Source: an uncultured virus (IMG/VR IMGVR_UViG_3300042328_001905)
Lineage: Duplodnaviria; Heunggongvirae; Uroviricota; Caudoviricetes
Virus record (IMG/VR): IMGVR_UViG_3300042328_001905
Reading direction: 5' to 3' (one strand)
DNA length: 64,000 bases
The notes under the pieces are model-generated. The model saw only the letters and a program-made list of their open reading frames with translations. It was not told where the DNA came from and did not search any database. Made by a program: the position numbers and the translations under genes. Positions 49,469 through 58,989 of this stretch are shown here, piece after piece; position 1 is the stretch's first letter, and each line of letters opens with the position of its first letter.

Positions 49469-50269
49469 ATGTCATTTTTAGATACAGTAAAAGAGTTAAT
49501 GAGTGGAAATGGTCCGAAAACTGATGACTCAAAATATCGCGAAGCAAAGAGCGAGTTATTAGCATACGATATAGGTAGAACAGCATACTTTGATGTTGAG
49601 TTCTACTTTAATAAATTTGCTGATAATGATACCTTAAGATATGTTTGTCATTCAGCAGAACTTCCAGGTGAATCAACAGCTACAGTACACCAAAAAATAT
49701 ATGGGGTAACTGAACAACATTCAGTTATGACTGGATATAAGGATATAGATTTATCATTTTATACCAGAGGTTCACAATATGAAAAAACCAGAAAATTTTT
49801 TCAAAATTGGATAGCATATATCACAGGAAGAGAAGAAACTATAAAAAATTCTGGCATAGAAACAACTTATAATGTTAGATATAAAAGTGAATACGCATCA
49901 AGAATAAAAATAACACATTATGCGATAACAGGAATGCCGTTAGTTGAAGTAACATTAATTGATGCATTTCCAATTTCAATAAATCAAATTCCCCTTTCAT
50001 GGGCAGCTCAAAACGAAGCCCAATCATTAAATGTTGCATTCGCTTATACAGAATACACATATGATTTTAAACATGTGGAAAGTAATGGCGCCTATACAAG
50101 AGGTCCATTAGGTGAATTATTAGGGACAGCTATTAAGACTGCCTCCACTATAAATACCATAAATGGTGCCATAGAAAGTGGAAACCCTTTAGCAATAGGA
50201 TCAACCCTACCAGGTTTGGGGTTGTCTAATTTTACATTATCATCAGGATTAACAAGAATAGGATTATAA
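49469..50269 (+). CDS. gp54: baseplate tail-tube initiator (gp54-like)
   Basis: CHSAELPG, FFQNW, LIDAFPISINQIPLSW tube-protein motifs; upstream of gp26. Confidence 0.75.
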   Translation: MSFLDTVKELMSGNGPKTDDSKYREAKSELLAYDIGRTAYFDVEFYFNKFADNDTLRYVCHSAELPGESTATVHQKIYGVTEQHSVMTGYKDIDLSFYTRGSQYEKTRKFFQNWIAYITGREETIKNSGIETTYNVRYKSEYASRIKITHYAITGMPLVEVTLIDAFPISINQIPLSWAAQNEAQSLNVAFAYTEYTYDFKHVESNGAYTRGPLGELLGTAIKTASTINTINGAIESGNPLAIGSTLPGLGLSNFTLSSGLTRIGL

Positions 50270-50271
50270 GT

Positions 50272-50991
50272 ATGCTACCGACAATTGATGTGCCAACATT
50301 TTCTGTTGAATTACCAATTTCTAAAAAAAATATACAATTTAGACCATATTTAGTTAAAGAACAGAAAATTTTAACAATGGCTAAAGAATCTGGAGAAAAA
50401 AATTCAGTAATTAATGCAATATTACAAATTATTAATAATTGTATTATAACAGATATTAATATACAAGAAGAATTACCAATTACTGATGTTGAATATTTAT
50501 TTTATCAACTTAGAGCCAGATCTGAATCTGAACTTGTAAATTTAAAATATAGATGCGAAAATAAAATTGAAGATACTATATGTGGCAACACTATGGATCA
50601 CACATTAAATTTATTAACCGATTTAGAAATTTTAGATAATGGTGTTTCTCCAATAATTGAAATTACTGAAAATGTTGGCATTAAATTAAAACACCAAAGA
50701 TTTGAACTTGACGGTTTAGAGGATACATTACCAACACCAAAAGAATTGTTTGAGATTATTGCAAATAATGTAGATTTTATCTATGATGAAAATTCTTCAT
50801 ATAATGCTAAAGATATTCCTCAACAAAAGATTGTTGAGTGGATTGGTAATTTACCAACAGAAAAGTACGAAAAAATAGAACAATTCTTCTTAAACGAACC
50901 AAAAATTATAAAAAAATTAAATATAACTTGTAATAAATGTGGTATGAATCACAACATTTTAGTTGAGGATATTTTCGATTTTTTTACTTAA
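50272..50991 (+). CDS. gp26: baseplate hub assembly chaperone
   Basis: LPTIDVPTF, FRPYLVKEQKIL, DVEYLFYQLRARS, C-terminal CNKC and DFF. Confidence 0.92.
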   Translation: MLPTIDVPTFSVELPISKKNIQFRPYLVKEQKILTMAKESGEKNSVINAILQIINNCIITDINIQEELPITDVEYLFYQLRARSESELVNLKYRCENKIEDTICGNTMDHTLNLLTDLEILDNGVSPIIEITENVGIKLKHQRFELDGLEDTLPTPKELFEIIANNVDFIYDENSSYNAKDIPQQKIVEWIGNLPTEKYEKIEQFFLNEPKIIKKLNITCNKCGMNHNILVEDIFDFFT

Positions 50992-51038
50992 TTCTTGGTA
51001 ATGATAAACTTTCAGTTTATTATAAAACTAATTTTGCT

Positions 51039-51185
51039 ATGATGCAACATCATGGTTATAGTTTAACTGAACTGGAAGCGATGATCCCTTGGGAAAGGGA
51101 AATTTATATAGGTTTATTGGTTCAACATATTAGAGAAAAAGAAGAAAAACGTAAACAGCAAGAAGCTATTAGGAATCAACATTAA
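51039..51185 (+). CDS. gp51: baseplate hub assembly catalyst (missed by the ORF track; probably the -1 frame extension of gp26)
   Basis: MMQHHGYSLTELEAMIPWEREIYIGLL; the frame is open upstream (YLILGNDKLSVYYKTNFA) back to the gp26 TTTTTTT run. Confidence 0.88.
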   Translation: MMQHHGYSLTELEAMIPWEREIYIGLLVQHIREKEEKRKQQEAIRNQH

Positions 51186-51187
51186 AA

Positions 51188-53749
51188 ATGGCAAATAATT
51201 CAGATAAAGAAAATAACTGGGTGCAAACTGCTGGAGATACCGCTCGAGGTGCTTGGCAAGGTGCAACTATGGGGTTCGGGGAAAATATCTCTGCTGGTGT
51301 CAAAAGCGTAGTCAAAGGAACGAAATATGCTGATGAATTAAAATCTGAAGAAAACGCAAACGAAGAGGCTCTACAACGAAATCCTGTTGCATACAGCACA
51401 GGATTCGCTGGAGGAACAGCAGGTTCGTTAATGATAGGAACAGGAGAAATTGCCGCTGGTGCTAGAGTTGCCACTGCTGCAGGAAAAACTGCAATATCAA
51501 CTGCATCAAAAATTTTACCAAAAGCAGAAACCATAGGTAAAGTTGCAGGTAAAGTAGCAGATAAAGCTGGTGGTATCGCTACAGGAATGTTTGATACCTT
51601 AAAAGCTGCTAAAGGTGGTATTCAAGAAAAAATATTATCAAAAACTGAAGGATTAGCAGATAAAGCAACTAACACTTTTAAATCTGGTATGGAAACCATT
51701 AAAGCAAAAGGCAGCGAATTAGCTGAAAATGTTGCAGGTAAAGTTTCTGATGCCAAAGAAATATTTAAACCCAAAATTGAAAAGGGTATTGAAGCAATTA
51801 AAGAAAAAGCTTCTAGTGCATTGGAATCATCAAAAGAATTTGCTGGTAATGTTACAAGTAAATTAAAAGAAGGTGGTAAAAAGGCAGTAGAAGTTGGTTC
51901 TAATTTAGTTAAAAAAGGTGGAGAATTTCTGGGTAATGCTACAGGAGCTATAGGAAGATTAGGTTCCAATTTAGTTGGATCGTTATTCGGCAAAAAAGAT
52001 AAAGAACATCAAGATACAACCCAACATCAAACAGGAGAACATCAGGGAGAATTAGTACCAGATGAACCTGCTGTTCCTGAAGAAATAATCGAACATTCTT
52101 CAGGTGGAGATTCAGGGGAACTTGCTGGAAATACTGCAGGGGATGGTGGTCTAGCCAGTTCAAATGCTATTGAAATTTTAAATAAAATTTATGAAGCATT
52201 AACGAAATTAAACTCAACTGCTGATAGAATGTCTGTTGGTATATCTTCGATGTCTCGCGAAGCTGCAAGAAAAGACATTGATGCTGATATTACAGCAGAA
52301 AATAAAAATGCAAGAGCTGGACACAAAGGTAGTCATGGTGGTTCTGGTGGTGGTTCTGGTGGTGGTTCTGGTGGGTTTATTCCGTCTATAGCAAGTAAAA
52401 CTTTTAATGCAGCAGGAGGTTTTGGGGGATTAGCTGCTGCAGCTATTTTAGGTACTGGTGAAGGCGAATCTCTCGCAGATCAAGGTCTGACTTGGGCAAA
52501 GGGGACTGATACTTATAAAGCAGCAGAAGAAAAAGTTAACTGGATACAAGGGACTGATGCGTACAAAAAAACTGCGTCAGCAGTAGGATCAGTTTGGGAT
52601 AAAGGTACAGAATTATTGGGATTCGGTGGAGGAAAATCATTAGGTTCATTAGATGAGGGAGAAAAAGCACATAAAGCATTATTCCCAGGAACGTCTAAAG
52701 GCGAAGAGCAAGATATGATGATGGGTGGATATAAAAAAGGAAAATATACACCATCTATTATAGACAAAGCAGTAGGAGCAGTATCCCAAAAATATGAATC
52801 TGGTAAAAGTGGAGCAGGAACTGTTTCAACTGGAAAAGGAGATTTCGGTGGCGCGTCATACGGAACATATCAATTAGCTTCTTCTGGCGGAGAAAAAAGT
52901 ACATTAAATAAATTTTTAAATTCATCTGGATACGCAAAAGAATTCCAAGGATTAACTGCTGGTTCAAAAGAATTTAATGAAAAATGGAAAGAAGTTGCGT
53001 CAAAAGACGAAAAATTTGGTGACGCTCAACACGAATTTATAAAACAGTCCCATTTTGATCCGCAAATGGAAAAATTACAAAAATCTGGTATAGATTTATC
53101 TAAATCAGGCAGAGCTGTACAAGAAGCAGTTTGGAGTACTTCAGTTCAATTTGGAGGAAGTACTGGATTAATAGAAAAAGCTCTTGAAGGAAAAGATGCA
53201 TCAAAAATGTCAGATGCGGATATTGTATCAGCAATACAAGACTATAAAATTGCAAATAATGATAAATTATTTAAAAGTTCTAGCGGTGATGTAAAGGCAG
53301 GAACGTTAAGCAGAGCAAGTAAAGAAAAAGCTGATTTATTGCAAGTAGCAGCATCTAAAACCGAAAATGCTACAGCAACTTCTCTAATGTACAAAAATGG
53401 ACCGCAGCAAGAATTAAAACTCGCAGCATCTAAAACCGAAAATGCTACAGCAACTCCTCTAATGGACAAAAATGGACCGCAGCAAGAATTAAAACTCGCA
53501 GCTATGGAAGCATCAACAGTAATTCCAGAAAAACCGCAATCAGAAAATGTTGTTATGATGCAAGGTATGATGAGCGGTATGTCTAAATTATCTCAAAGTG
53601 TTATGGGATCACAAGTGCCACAAAAGGCACCTCAACAAGTAGCGTCTGCCCCTAGACCTCAAGCAGGAACTGGTGGTAGTATGATGGCAGTTAGAAATGA
53701 TGATCCAGTGTTGTTAACACTTACATATGGAAATGTAAAAACGGCATAA
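51188..53749 (+). CDS. tape-measure-like protein with a C-terminal muramidase-like domain
   Basis: Follows gp26/gp51; Ala/Gly/Lys-rich helical repeats; VSQKYESG..GTVSTGKGDFGGASYGTYQL and AVWSTSVQFG resemble the VgrG3 C-terminal peptidoglycan hydrolase. Confidence 0.7.
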   Translation: MANNSDKENNWVQTAGDTARGAWQGATMGFGENISAGVKSVVKGTKYADELKSEENANEEALQRNPVAYSTGFAGGTAGSLMIGTGEIAAGARVATAAGKTAISTASKILPKAETIGKVAGKVADKAGGIATGMFDTLKAAKGGIQEKILSKTEGLADKATNTFKSGMETIKAKGSELAENVAGKVSDAKEIFKPKIEKGIEAIKEKASSALESSKEFAGNVTSKLKEGGKKAVEVGSNLVKKGGEFLGNATGAIGRLGSNLVGSLFGKKDKEHQDTTQHQTGEHQGELVPDEPAVPEEIIEHSSGGDSGELAGNTAGDGGLASSNAIEILNKIYEALTKLNSTADRMSVGISSMSREAARKDIDADITAENKNARAGHKGSHGGSGGGSGGGSGGFIPSIASKTFNAAGGFGGLAAAAILGTGEGESLADQGLTWAKGTDTYKAAEEKVNWIQGTDAYKKTASAVGSVWDKGTELLGFGGGKSLGSLDEGEKAHKALFPGTSKGEEQDMMMGGYKKGKYTPSIIDKAVGAVSQKYESGKSGAGTVSTGKGDFGGASYGTYQLASSGGEKSTLNKFLNSSGYAKEFQGLTAGSKEFNEKWKEVASKDEKFGDAQHEFIKQSHFDPQMEKLQKSGIDLSKSGRAVQEAVWSTSVQFGGSTGLIEKALEGKDASKMSDADIVSAIQDYKIANNDKLFKSSSGDVKAGTLSRASKEKADLLQVAASKTENATATSLMYKNGPQQELKLAASKTENATATPLMDKNGPQQELKLAAMEASTVIPEKPQSENVVMMQGMMSGMSKLSQSVMGSQVPQKAPQQVASAPRPQAGTGGSMMAVRNDDPVLLTLTYGNVKTA
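52337..52374 (+). repeat. 12-bp tandem repeat encoding a GGSG linker
   Basis: GGTGGTTCTGGT x3. Confidence 0.85.
53348..53497 (+). repeat. 75-bp in-frame tandem duplication (25 aa x2)
   Basis: AASKTENATATSLMYKNGPQQELKL / AASKTENATATPLMDKNGPQQELKL; 2 nt differences. Confidence 0.95.
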
Positions 53750-53751
53750 AA

Positions 53752-53773
53752 AAAGGGGCGTTTCAGCCCCTTT
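53752..53773. terminator. bidirectional intrinsic terminator
   Basis: AAAGGGGC-GTTTCA-GCCCCTTT between convergent genes. Confidence 0.85.
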
Positions 53774-53783
53774 CTACTATTGA

Positions 53784-54725
53784 TTAATCATCACCAACCA
53801 ATTTACTGAAGTAAGACATATCATCATCTTCTTCATCGTCAATTACTGCAGTAGAAGCAGCAAAAGAAGCAGTTGTTTTCTTTTCAGCAACTGTGCTTTG
53901 GATAAATTGTTCATCTTCAACTTCATCAAGAGATTTTGCTGTATAATCTTCAGCAGTTTTATACTTAGCGTTTTGATTTGATTGCCCTAGAACTCTTTTT
54001 AGACGAGCTTCTAATGTTGCATAGTCTTTAAAGTTTTTAGGTTCAAGAATTTCTTTTAAAGAAAATTCACTCTTCCAAACTTTTTCTAGTTTATCATCGT
54101 CATCAAATAACGCTGATGGGCTATCAAATTCAGCTAAATCATAATTTTGGTAACCATCTACTTTACGAATTTTTAATTTAAAATTCGCACCTTCCCATAA
54201 ATCAAATGGATCAATAGGTTTATCATCTTCAAATTGTGGGTTCATCGCTTGAGTAATTTTCTCAAAGATTTTTTTACCAAACACATATTTAAATGTTTTA
54301 CCTTCATTTTCTGGGTGTTTAGTATCTTTGATTACATAAATGTTAGAAACATAATGTAATCTACGTTTTTGTTTTCTGGCTTGTTCTTTATTAGATTCAA
54401 TACCAGTTTCCCATAATTCTGAATTGTATTTACCTAGAGGGTCATCTAGACCAATTGAAGTTAATGATTTTTCGATATACCAACCACCTGGACCTTGGAA
54501 ACCATGATCGTAATATTTAACCCATGGTAAACCATCCGATTCAACATCTTGTGGAGGAGTAGGAAGAAAACGAATTACAGCGTAACCGTTACCTGATTTA
54601 TCAAGTTCACATTTCCAATATTCATTAGAATCATCATTTTGATTATTAGAAGACATTGATTCAACAGCTTTCGCTAATTTATCTAAATTTGAACCTGATT
54701 GTTTTTTTAATTTACTAAAATCCAT
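53784..54725 (-). CDS. gp32: single-stranded DNA-binding protein
   Basis: DKSGNGYAVIRFLP, HGFQGPGGWYIE, GANFKLKIRKV, acidic tail; start MDFSK at 54725 after AAGG. Confidence 0.96.
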   Translation of the reverse strand: MDFSKLKKQSGSNLDKLAKAVESMSSNNQNDDSNEYWKCELDKSGNGYAVIRFLPTPPQDVESDGLPWVKYYDHGFQGPGGWYIEKSLTSIGLDDPLGKYNSELWETGIESNKEQARKQKRRLHYVSNIYVIKDTKHPENEGKTFKYVFGKKIFEKITQAMNPQFEDDKPIDPFDLWEGANFKLKIRKVDGYQNYDLAEFDSPSALFDDDDKLEKVWKSEFSLKEILEPKNFKDYATLEARLKRVLGQSNQNAKYKTAEDYTAKSLDEVEDEQFIQSTVAEKKTTASFAASTAVIDDEEDDDMSYFSKLVGDD

Positions 54726-54786
54726 ATAAACACCTTTATTAACATTTGATTTAAACAACGTATAGACAACATATATACAACGTATT

Positions 54787-55380
54787 TTACGCAAATTCCT
54801 TTACAGTTTCAATTAAAGTTTTTTTGAATTTGCTTTTGTCATACTCTAAGAATGGCTTGTATTTCAACATTTTTGTTTTAACACGAGGCCAAATATAATC
54901 ATCCTTGATATTTTTGTCCCATTTAGGAACAAATTCCATAAACTCATTCATAATAATAACAGTTTCCGGAGAAACTTCATCTCTTAACATTTTAGTTAAG
55001 AGCAAAGGAAAATCATTTGAATCACTTTTAAATAATTTTTTGTGATTTTCTTCACCAAATATATTTATTAAATCATTTTCAAAAATATAGGATAAAGATT
55101 GTTGTTTTTTATTAAAATTTACGAAATTTTCGTGTGCTTCATGAGACAACAAATCTTGAACCCATACGGTTTCATTTTGTAAAAAATTAGCAATAAAGAA
55201 TCTTTTTAAATCTTCATCAGAAAATTTTTTACTCAATTTCTCATAAACATATTTATGTTTATTTTTATGGAATTGATCAACAGAATATTTTACTCTACCA
55301 TGATACTTATTAAAGTCATAATCTGTTGTAAAGTGTAATTTTAATGCTCTGTAAAGACAGCAACATAGATACGCAGACAT
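54787..55380 (-). CDS. gp59: helicase loader
   Basis: LKLHFTTDYDFNKYHG, FFIANF, KYKPFL; promoter TTGACT-17-TACAAT at 55406-55434. Confidence 0.88.
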   Translation of the reverse strand: MSAYLCCCLYRALKLHFTTDYDFNKYHGRVKYSVDQFHKNKHKYVYEKLSKKFSDEDLKRFFIANFLQNETVWVQDLLSHEAHENFVNFNKKQQSLSYIFENDLINIFGEENHKKLFKSDSNDFPLLLTKMLRDEVSPETVIIMNEFMEFVPKWDKNIKDDYIWPRVKTKMLKYKPFLEYDKSKFKKTLIETVKEFA

Positions 55381-55422
55381 TTTTATCACCAAACCTAAAA
55401 ATCATATTGTAACTTAAAACTG

Positions 55423-55647
55423 TTAAAAAGTCAAGCGAACAGATGAACTTTTTATTAAACGTAATGCGATAGCTTCTTCTTCCATCTTACTTTTTAAGGC
55501 AGGGGAAATTAAAGATATAATTGAATCAACTTCCAGTTCTTTTTCTTCACAATAACTAACTATAGCATCAACATATTCAAGTTTATGTACATTCACTTTA
55601 GTAAAAATTATATTAGAGAATTCATGCATTTTATCAAAATTTTCCAT
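55423..55647 (-). CDS. gp33: late transcription co-activator
   Basis: YVDAIVSYCEE, LISPALKSKMEEEA. Confidence 0.85.
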   Translation of the reverse strand: MENFDKMHEFSNIIFTKVNVHKLEYVDAIVSYCEEKELEVDSIISLISPALKSKMEEEAIALRLIKSSSVRLTF

Positions 55648-56141
55648 TAAGCACTCTTTTTTGAATAAAAATTAGATTGACCTAGCTTTGCAGCTAATTT
55701 ATATTCTCTACTCCATTTATATCTAGAATGAATACTTTTAAAAAATAATACATCTGGACCAAAATTAGGTAAAGAAACACGTTTATTTAAAATATCATCA
55801 GATAAATCTAAACTCTTTTCCCAGGAATCGCTGCCATATTTTATTTTAGTTTTGCGCGAGCAAACCCAAGAAAATTGACACAATTTTTTACCGTCATCAT
55901 AATTTATTTGATTGACGACACCACAAATTGTTTTTGGAAATTTTTTATGATTAGTTCGATTTAAGACTACTTTGGCCACACCCTTTTTACCAGCAATTGG
56001 TTCACCTTTTGCTTCATGATAAATGACTTTAGCCAAGCATATTTTTTCTGATTCTGTATTTACTTGTTTTGCGAAACTCGCTGTAGGTATTATTAAAATT
56101 ATAATAGCAAGAATGATCGCCTTTTTCGTAATTGAATACAT
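55647..56141 (-). CDS. SleB-like cell wall hydrolase with N-terminal signal/anchor
   Basis: CLAKVIYHEAKGEP, VVLNR, FPKTICGVV, CQFSWVC; hydrophobic N-terminus; AAGGAG RBS before 56141. Confidence 0.88.
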   Translation of the reverse strand: MYSITKKAIILAIIILIIPTASFAKQVNTESEKICLAKVIYHEAKGEPIAGKKGVAKVVLNRTNHKKFPKTICGVVNQINYDDGKKLCQFSWVCSRKTKIKYGSDSWEKSLDLSDDILNKRVSLPNFGPDVLFFKSIHSRYKWSREYKLAAKLGQSNFYSKKSA

Positions 56142-56260
56142 CTTTGTTTCTCCTTGAGAAATATTCAAATAAACTGTTGCAGAATATTTCTAATTATGAT
56201 TAGGACTTTTTCTTTTCCTGAAAAGCTACTAATAGTTGGTTTAAATTAACTCACAAAAAT

Positions 56261-56324
56261 CATGGTATAAAAAGTATTTATACCATGCAGTATATAGTCT
56301 AACCTAAAACTCTTAAAAAGTCAA
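56261..56324 (-). promoter_or_regulatory. sigma70-type promoter plus late promoter embedded in a hairpin
   Basis: TTGACT-17-TAGACT (56296-56324); TATAAATA (56275-56282) overlapping one arm of CATGGTATAAA/TTTATACCATG. Confidence 0.6.
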
Positions 56325-56332
56325 GCATTTTT

Positions 56333-56971
56333 TTAAAACTGTTTTCTACGATCTACCAAGTCTTTGATATATGGTCTAATTTGTTTAACAAAAACTTGCG
56401 ATTTGTCGTTTTCGACCGCTATAATTGTTACAATTTGTTTAATCACAGTTCCTGTCATTTCCATATAAGCTAGTGCATAAAATGTTTCTTGGAGAAAATA
56501 ATCATGTATATTTTCTTCAGTTTTTAATCTTCTAGCATTTTTAAAATCTATTACAGATAAAATACCATCAAATTCAGCAATACAATCAACACTACCAGCA
56601 ATTTTTAATTTATCGCTGTATAGACAAGCTTCTTGAGCATGGATATTATTAATTCTATGTAAAATAGGTTTTAGAGAATAAAACATCTCGAGGGCATCTG
56701 GCATTCGGCATGATAACTGTTTATTGTTGAGATAGTCTTCGCACATTTGATGTAAGTTAGTTCCGCGTTTAGCAGAATTGTTAGTGATCTTATCTGCAGC
56801 ATCATAACCTATTCTGTCACGCCATTCTTTTAGATAAGATTTATCTGATGTAGAACCAAGTACAGTGGTAATAGATGGATAACACCGATGACCTATTTGA
56901 TAATGGCGTCGTCCATCTATGTTTACACGTGGATAAGATGTTATTTCAACTGGTACATGACAAAAATTCAT
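56333..56971 (-). CDS. PD-(D/E)XK exonuclease
   Basis: YPSITTVL, RGTNLH, IAGSVDCIAE, VIDFK, YFLQ..YA; start MNFCH at 56971. Confidence 0.88.
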   Translation of the reverse strand: MNFCHVPVEITSYPRVNIDGRRHYQIGHRCYPSITTVLGSTSDKSYLKEWRDRIGYDAADKITNNSAKRGTNLHQMCEDYLNNKQLSCRMPDALEMFYSLKPILHRINNIHAQEACLYSDKLKIAGSVDCIAEFDGILSVIDFKNARRLKTEENIHDYFLQETFYALAYMEMTGTVIKQIVTIIAVENDKSQVFVKQIRPYIKDLVDRRKQF

Positions 56972-57065
56972 TTTTATAATCCTAAACAATATTATAAATA
57001 AAATAGATCGCGGTATCCCCATACCCATCTACTCTAAACATTTTTCACACAATCAGGAGACTGTA

Positions 57066-57881
57066 ATGTCCAGCACAGATATTTATATCGAAACCCTCAA
57101 ACAAATTTCAATACATAATAAATATTTTTTGTGGTATATTAATATAATCAATAATGCCATTGCGAGAAAAGAAAAAATAGTTTTTAATTACAAAGAAAAA
57201 CATCATATATTACCTAAATCATTTAAACTGGGAGGAGAAACTGATAAATCGAATATTGTTATCTTAACAGCAAGAGAACATTATATATGCCATTTATTAT
57301 TAATTAAATTTTCTAAATCTTCGTATAAAACAAAAATGTATAGTGCATTATGGTGCATGGTTAATGGATCAAATATAAAAAGAAATCCACAAAGAAATTT
57401 TAAAATAAATTCTTATGTATATACCGATTTAAAATTAAATTTATCAAAAATTCGATCAGATAACATTAAAGGAGATAAAAACCCAAATAAATCGAAAGAA
57501 AGAAGGAAAATTTTATCGACTCTAATGAAAGGAGATAAAAACCCCATGAAAGGAAAACATCACACTGAATGCAGTAAACGAAAAATATCTATTGCAACAT
57601 CTGGAGAAAATAATCCATTTTTTGGAAAAAATCATACACAAGAATCTTTAGAAAAAATGAGAAACGCAAAAAAACCTCCGCAAACCCAAGAACACAAAAA
57701 TAAATGTAGATCAACTAGGTTAAAAACATTTTATTTTTTATCTCCATTTAACGAAATCGTAGAAATAAAAGATTTAAAATTATATTGCAAAGAAAATAAT
57801 TTACAATATAATTCTATGCTAAAAGTTAACAGAGGAGAACAAAATAATTATAAAGGGTGGATTAAAGCATCTCACCCGTAA
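57066..57881 (+). CDS. HNH homing endonuclease with NUMOD3-like repeats
   Basis: EKHHILPKS..GG..NIVILTAREHYICHLLL; repeated GDKNP/GENNPFFGKNHT; late promoter TATAAATA at 56993-57000; antisense to its neighbours. Confidence 0.9.
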   Translation: MSSTDIYIETLKQISIHNKYFLWYINIINNAIARKEKIVFNYKEKHHILPKSFKLGGETDKSNIVILTAREHYICHLLLIKFSKSSYKTKMYSALWCMVNGSNIKRNPQRNFKINSYVYTDLKLNLSKIRSDNIKGDKNPNKSKERRKILSTLMKGDKNPMKGKHHTECSKRKISIATSGENNPFFGKNHTQESLEKMRNAKKPPQTQEHKNKCRSTRLKTFYFLSPFNEIVEIKDLKLYCKENNLQYNSMLKVNRGEQNNYKGWIKASHP

Positions 57882-57892
57882 TATTAAAACTA

Positions 57893-58594
57893 TTATAACC
57901 CCAATTGTTCTTTTATTTGAAGATAATGTTTTACCATAGAAGACCTAACACAGTCATCCATAGTAAACTCTACTAAACCAAATTCGTCAAGCTTTTTCAT
58001 GATGTTCAAGAAATCTTTCATACCACTTGTTTCTTTACGTTCATTTAAATCGCACTGTTTGATATCTCCTGCAAAGATTATTTTAGTACCTTCACCAATC
58101 CGAGTAAAAATTGTATTTAATTCATGAAAAGCCATATTTTCCATTTCATCAACAAAGATTAAACAATTAGAATATGTTAAACCACGTAGGAATGATGTTG
58201 ATTCAAATTCAATAATATCTTTTTGTTTTAAGATTTCATAAGCATCATCTCTACCAAATAAATCATTTATTATAGATCTATAGGGAGCTTCATATACAGA
58301 AATTTTTTCTTTTTCTGATCCAGGTAAAAACCCTAAATCTCTAGAAGCAACTGCTGAGCGTAGGATAATAATTTTGTTAAAAGTACCTTCATCTAACATT
58401 TCTTTTAGACCAAGATATAAACTTAAAAAACTTTTACCTGAACCTGCACTACCATATAAAACTAAATTTTTACCTTCATTATAGCAATCAAATACTTTCT
58501 CTTGATTATCTGTTTTTGGAGTTATTGTTCTTAACTCAAAATTTAAACAGGTAACTTTATTTGTTGATTTTTTTGATTTTTTAGGTCTTAACAT
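57893..58594 (-). CDS. phoH: PhoH-like ATPase
   Basis: PKTDNQ, GSAGSGKS, LGFLPG, FLRGLT, VDEMEN, TRIGEG, GDIKQCD. Confidence 0.93.
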   Translation of the reverse strand: MLRPKKSKKSTNKVTCLNFELRTITPKTDNQEKVFDCYNEGKNLVLYGSAGSGKSFLSLYLGLKEMLDEGTFNKIIILRSAVASRDLGFLPGSEKEKISVYEAPYRSIINDLFGRDDAYEILKQKDIIEFESTSFLRGLTYSNCLIFVDEMENMAFHELNTIFTRIGEGTKIIFAGDIKQCDLNERKETSGMKDFLNIMKKLDEFGLVEFTMDDCVRSSMVKHYLQIKEQLGL

Positions 58595-58627
58595 AAATTC
58601 CCTTTATAGCTCTATTAAAAATGAAAA

Positions 58628-58658
58628 ACCCGCATTACCAATTTTTTGGTTAGCGGGT
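58628..58658 (-). terminator. stem-loop with T-tract upstream of phoH
   Basis: ACCCGC...GCGGGT with inner ACCAA/TTGGT; T-run follows on the minus strand. Confidence 0.55.
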
Positions 58659-58686
58659 CTAGTGATTTTATTCTAAAGTGTACAAC

Positions 58687-58950
58687 TCAAAATTCTCTTG
58701 GTATTTGAAATTTTCTGTCACCAAGAGTATTTCCTGGAACAGAATCTTTAATCCTTCCTATAATATGTTTTTGAAAATCAGCAGGAGGTTTCATTACCCC
58801 TAACCTTACTGGATCCCCGAAAATTGGAACCGAATCAAAATATCGTTCAATATTAGAGTTTTCTTTTAAATATTCTTGATATTCAGCAATTTTCATTATT
58901 TTTTCGAAAATCTCACCAGTTTCTTTATTTCTTAGTGAATAAATTGGCAT
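58687..58950 (-). CDS. small conserved phage protein (FmdB-like start, no Cys)
   Basis: MPIYSLRNKETGEIFEK..YLKENSNIE. Confidence 0.7.
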   Translation of the reverse strand: MPIYSLRNKETGEIFEKIMKIAEYQEYLKENSNIERYFDSVPIFGDPVRLGVMKPPADFQKHIIGRIKDSVPGNTLGDRKFQIPREF

Positions 58951-58989
58951 AAATGTATTTTTAAATTGTAATAGAATTATTTATCAATT

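Noticed and set aside
51169..53469. Minus-strand ORFs within the tape-measure-like gene
   Set aside because: Antisense shadows produced by biased codon usage
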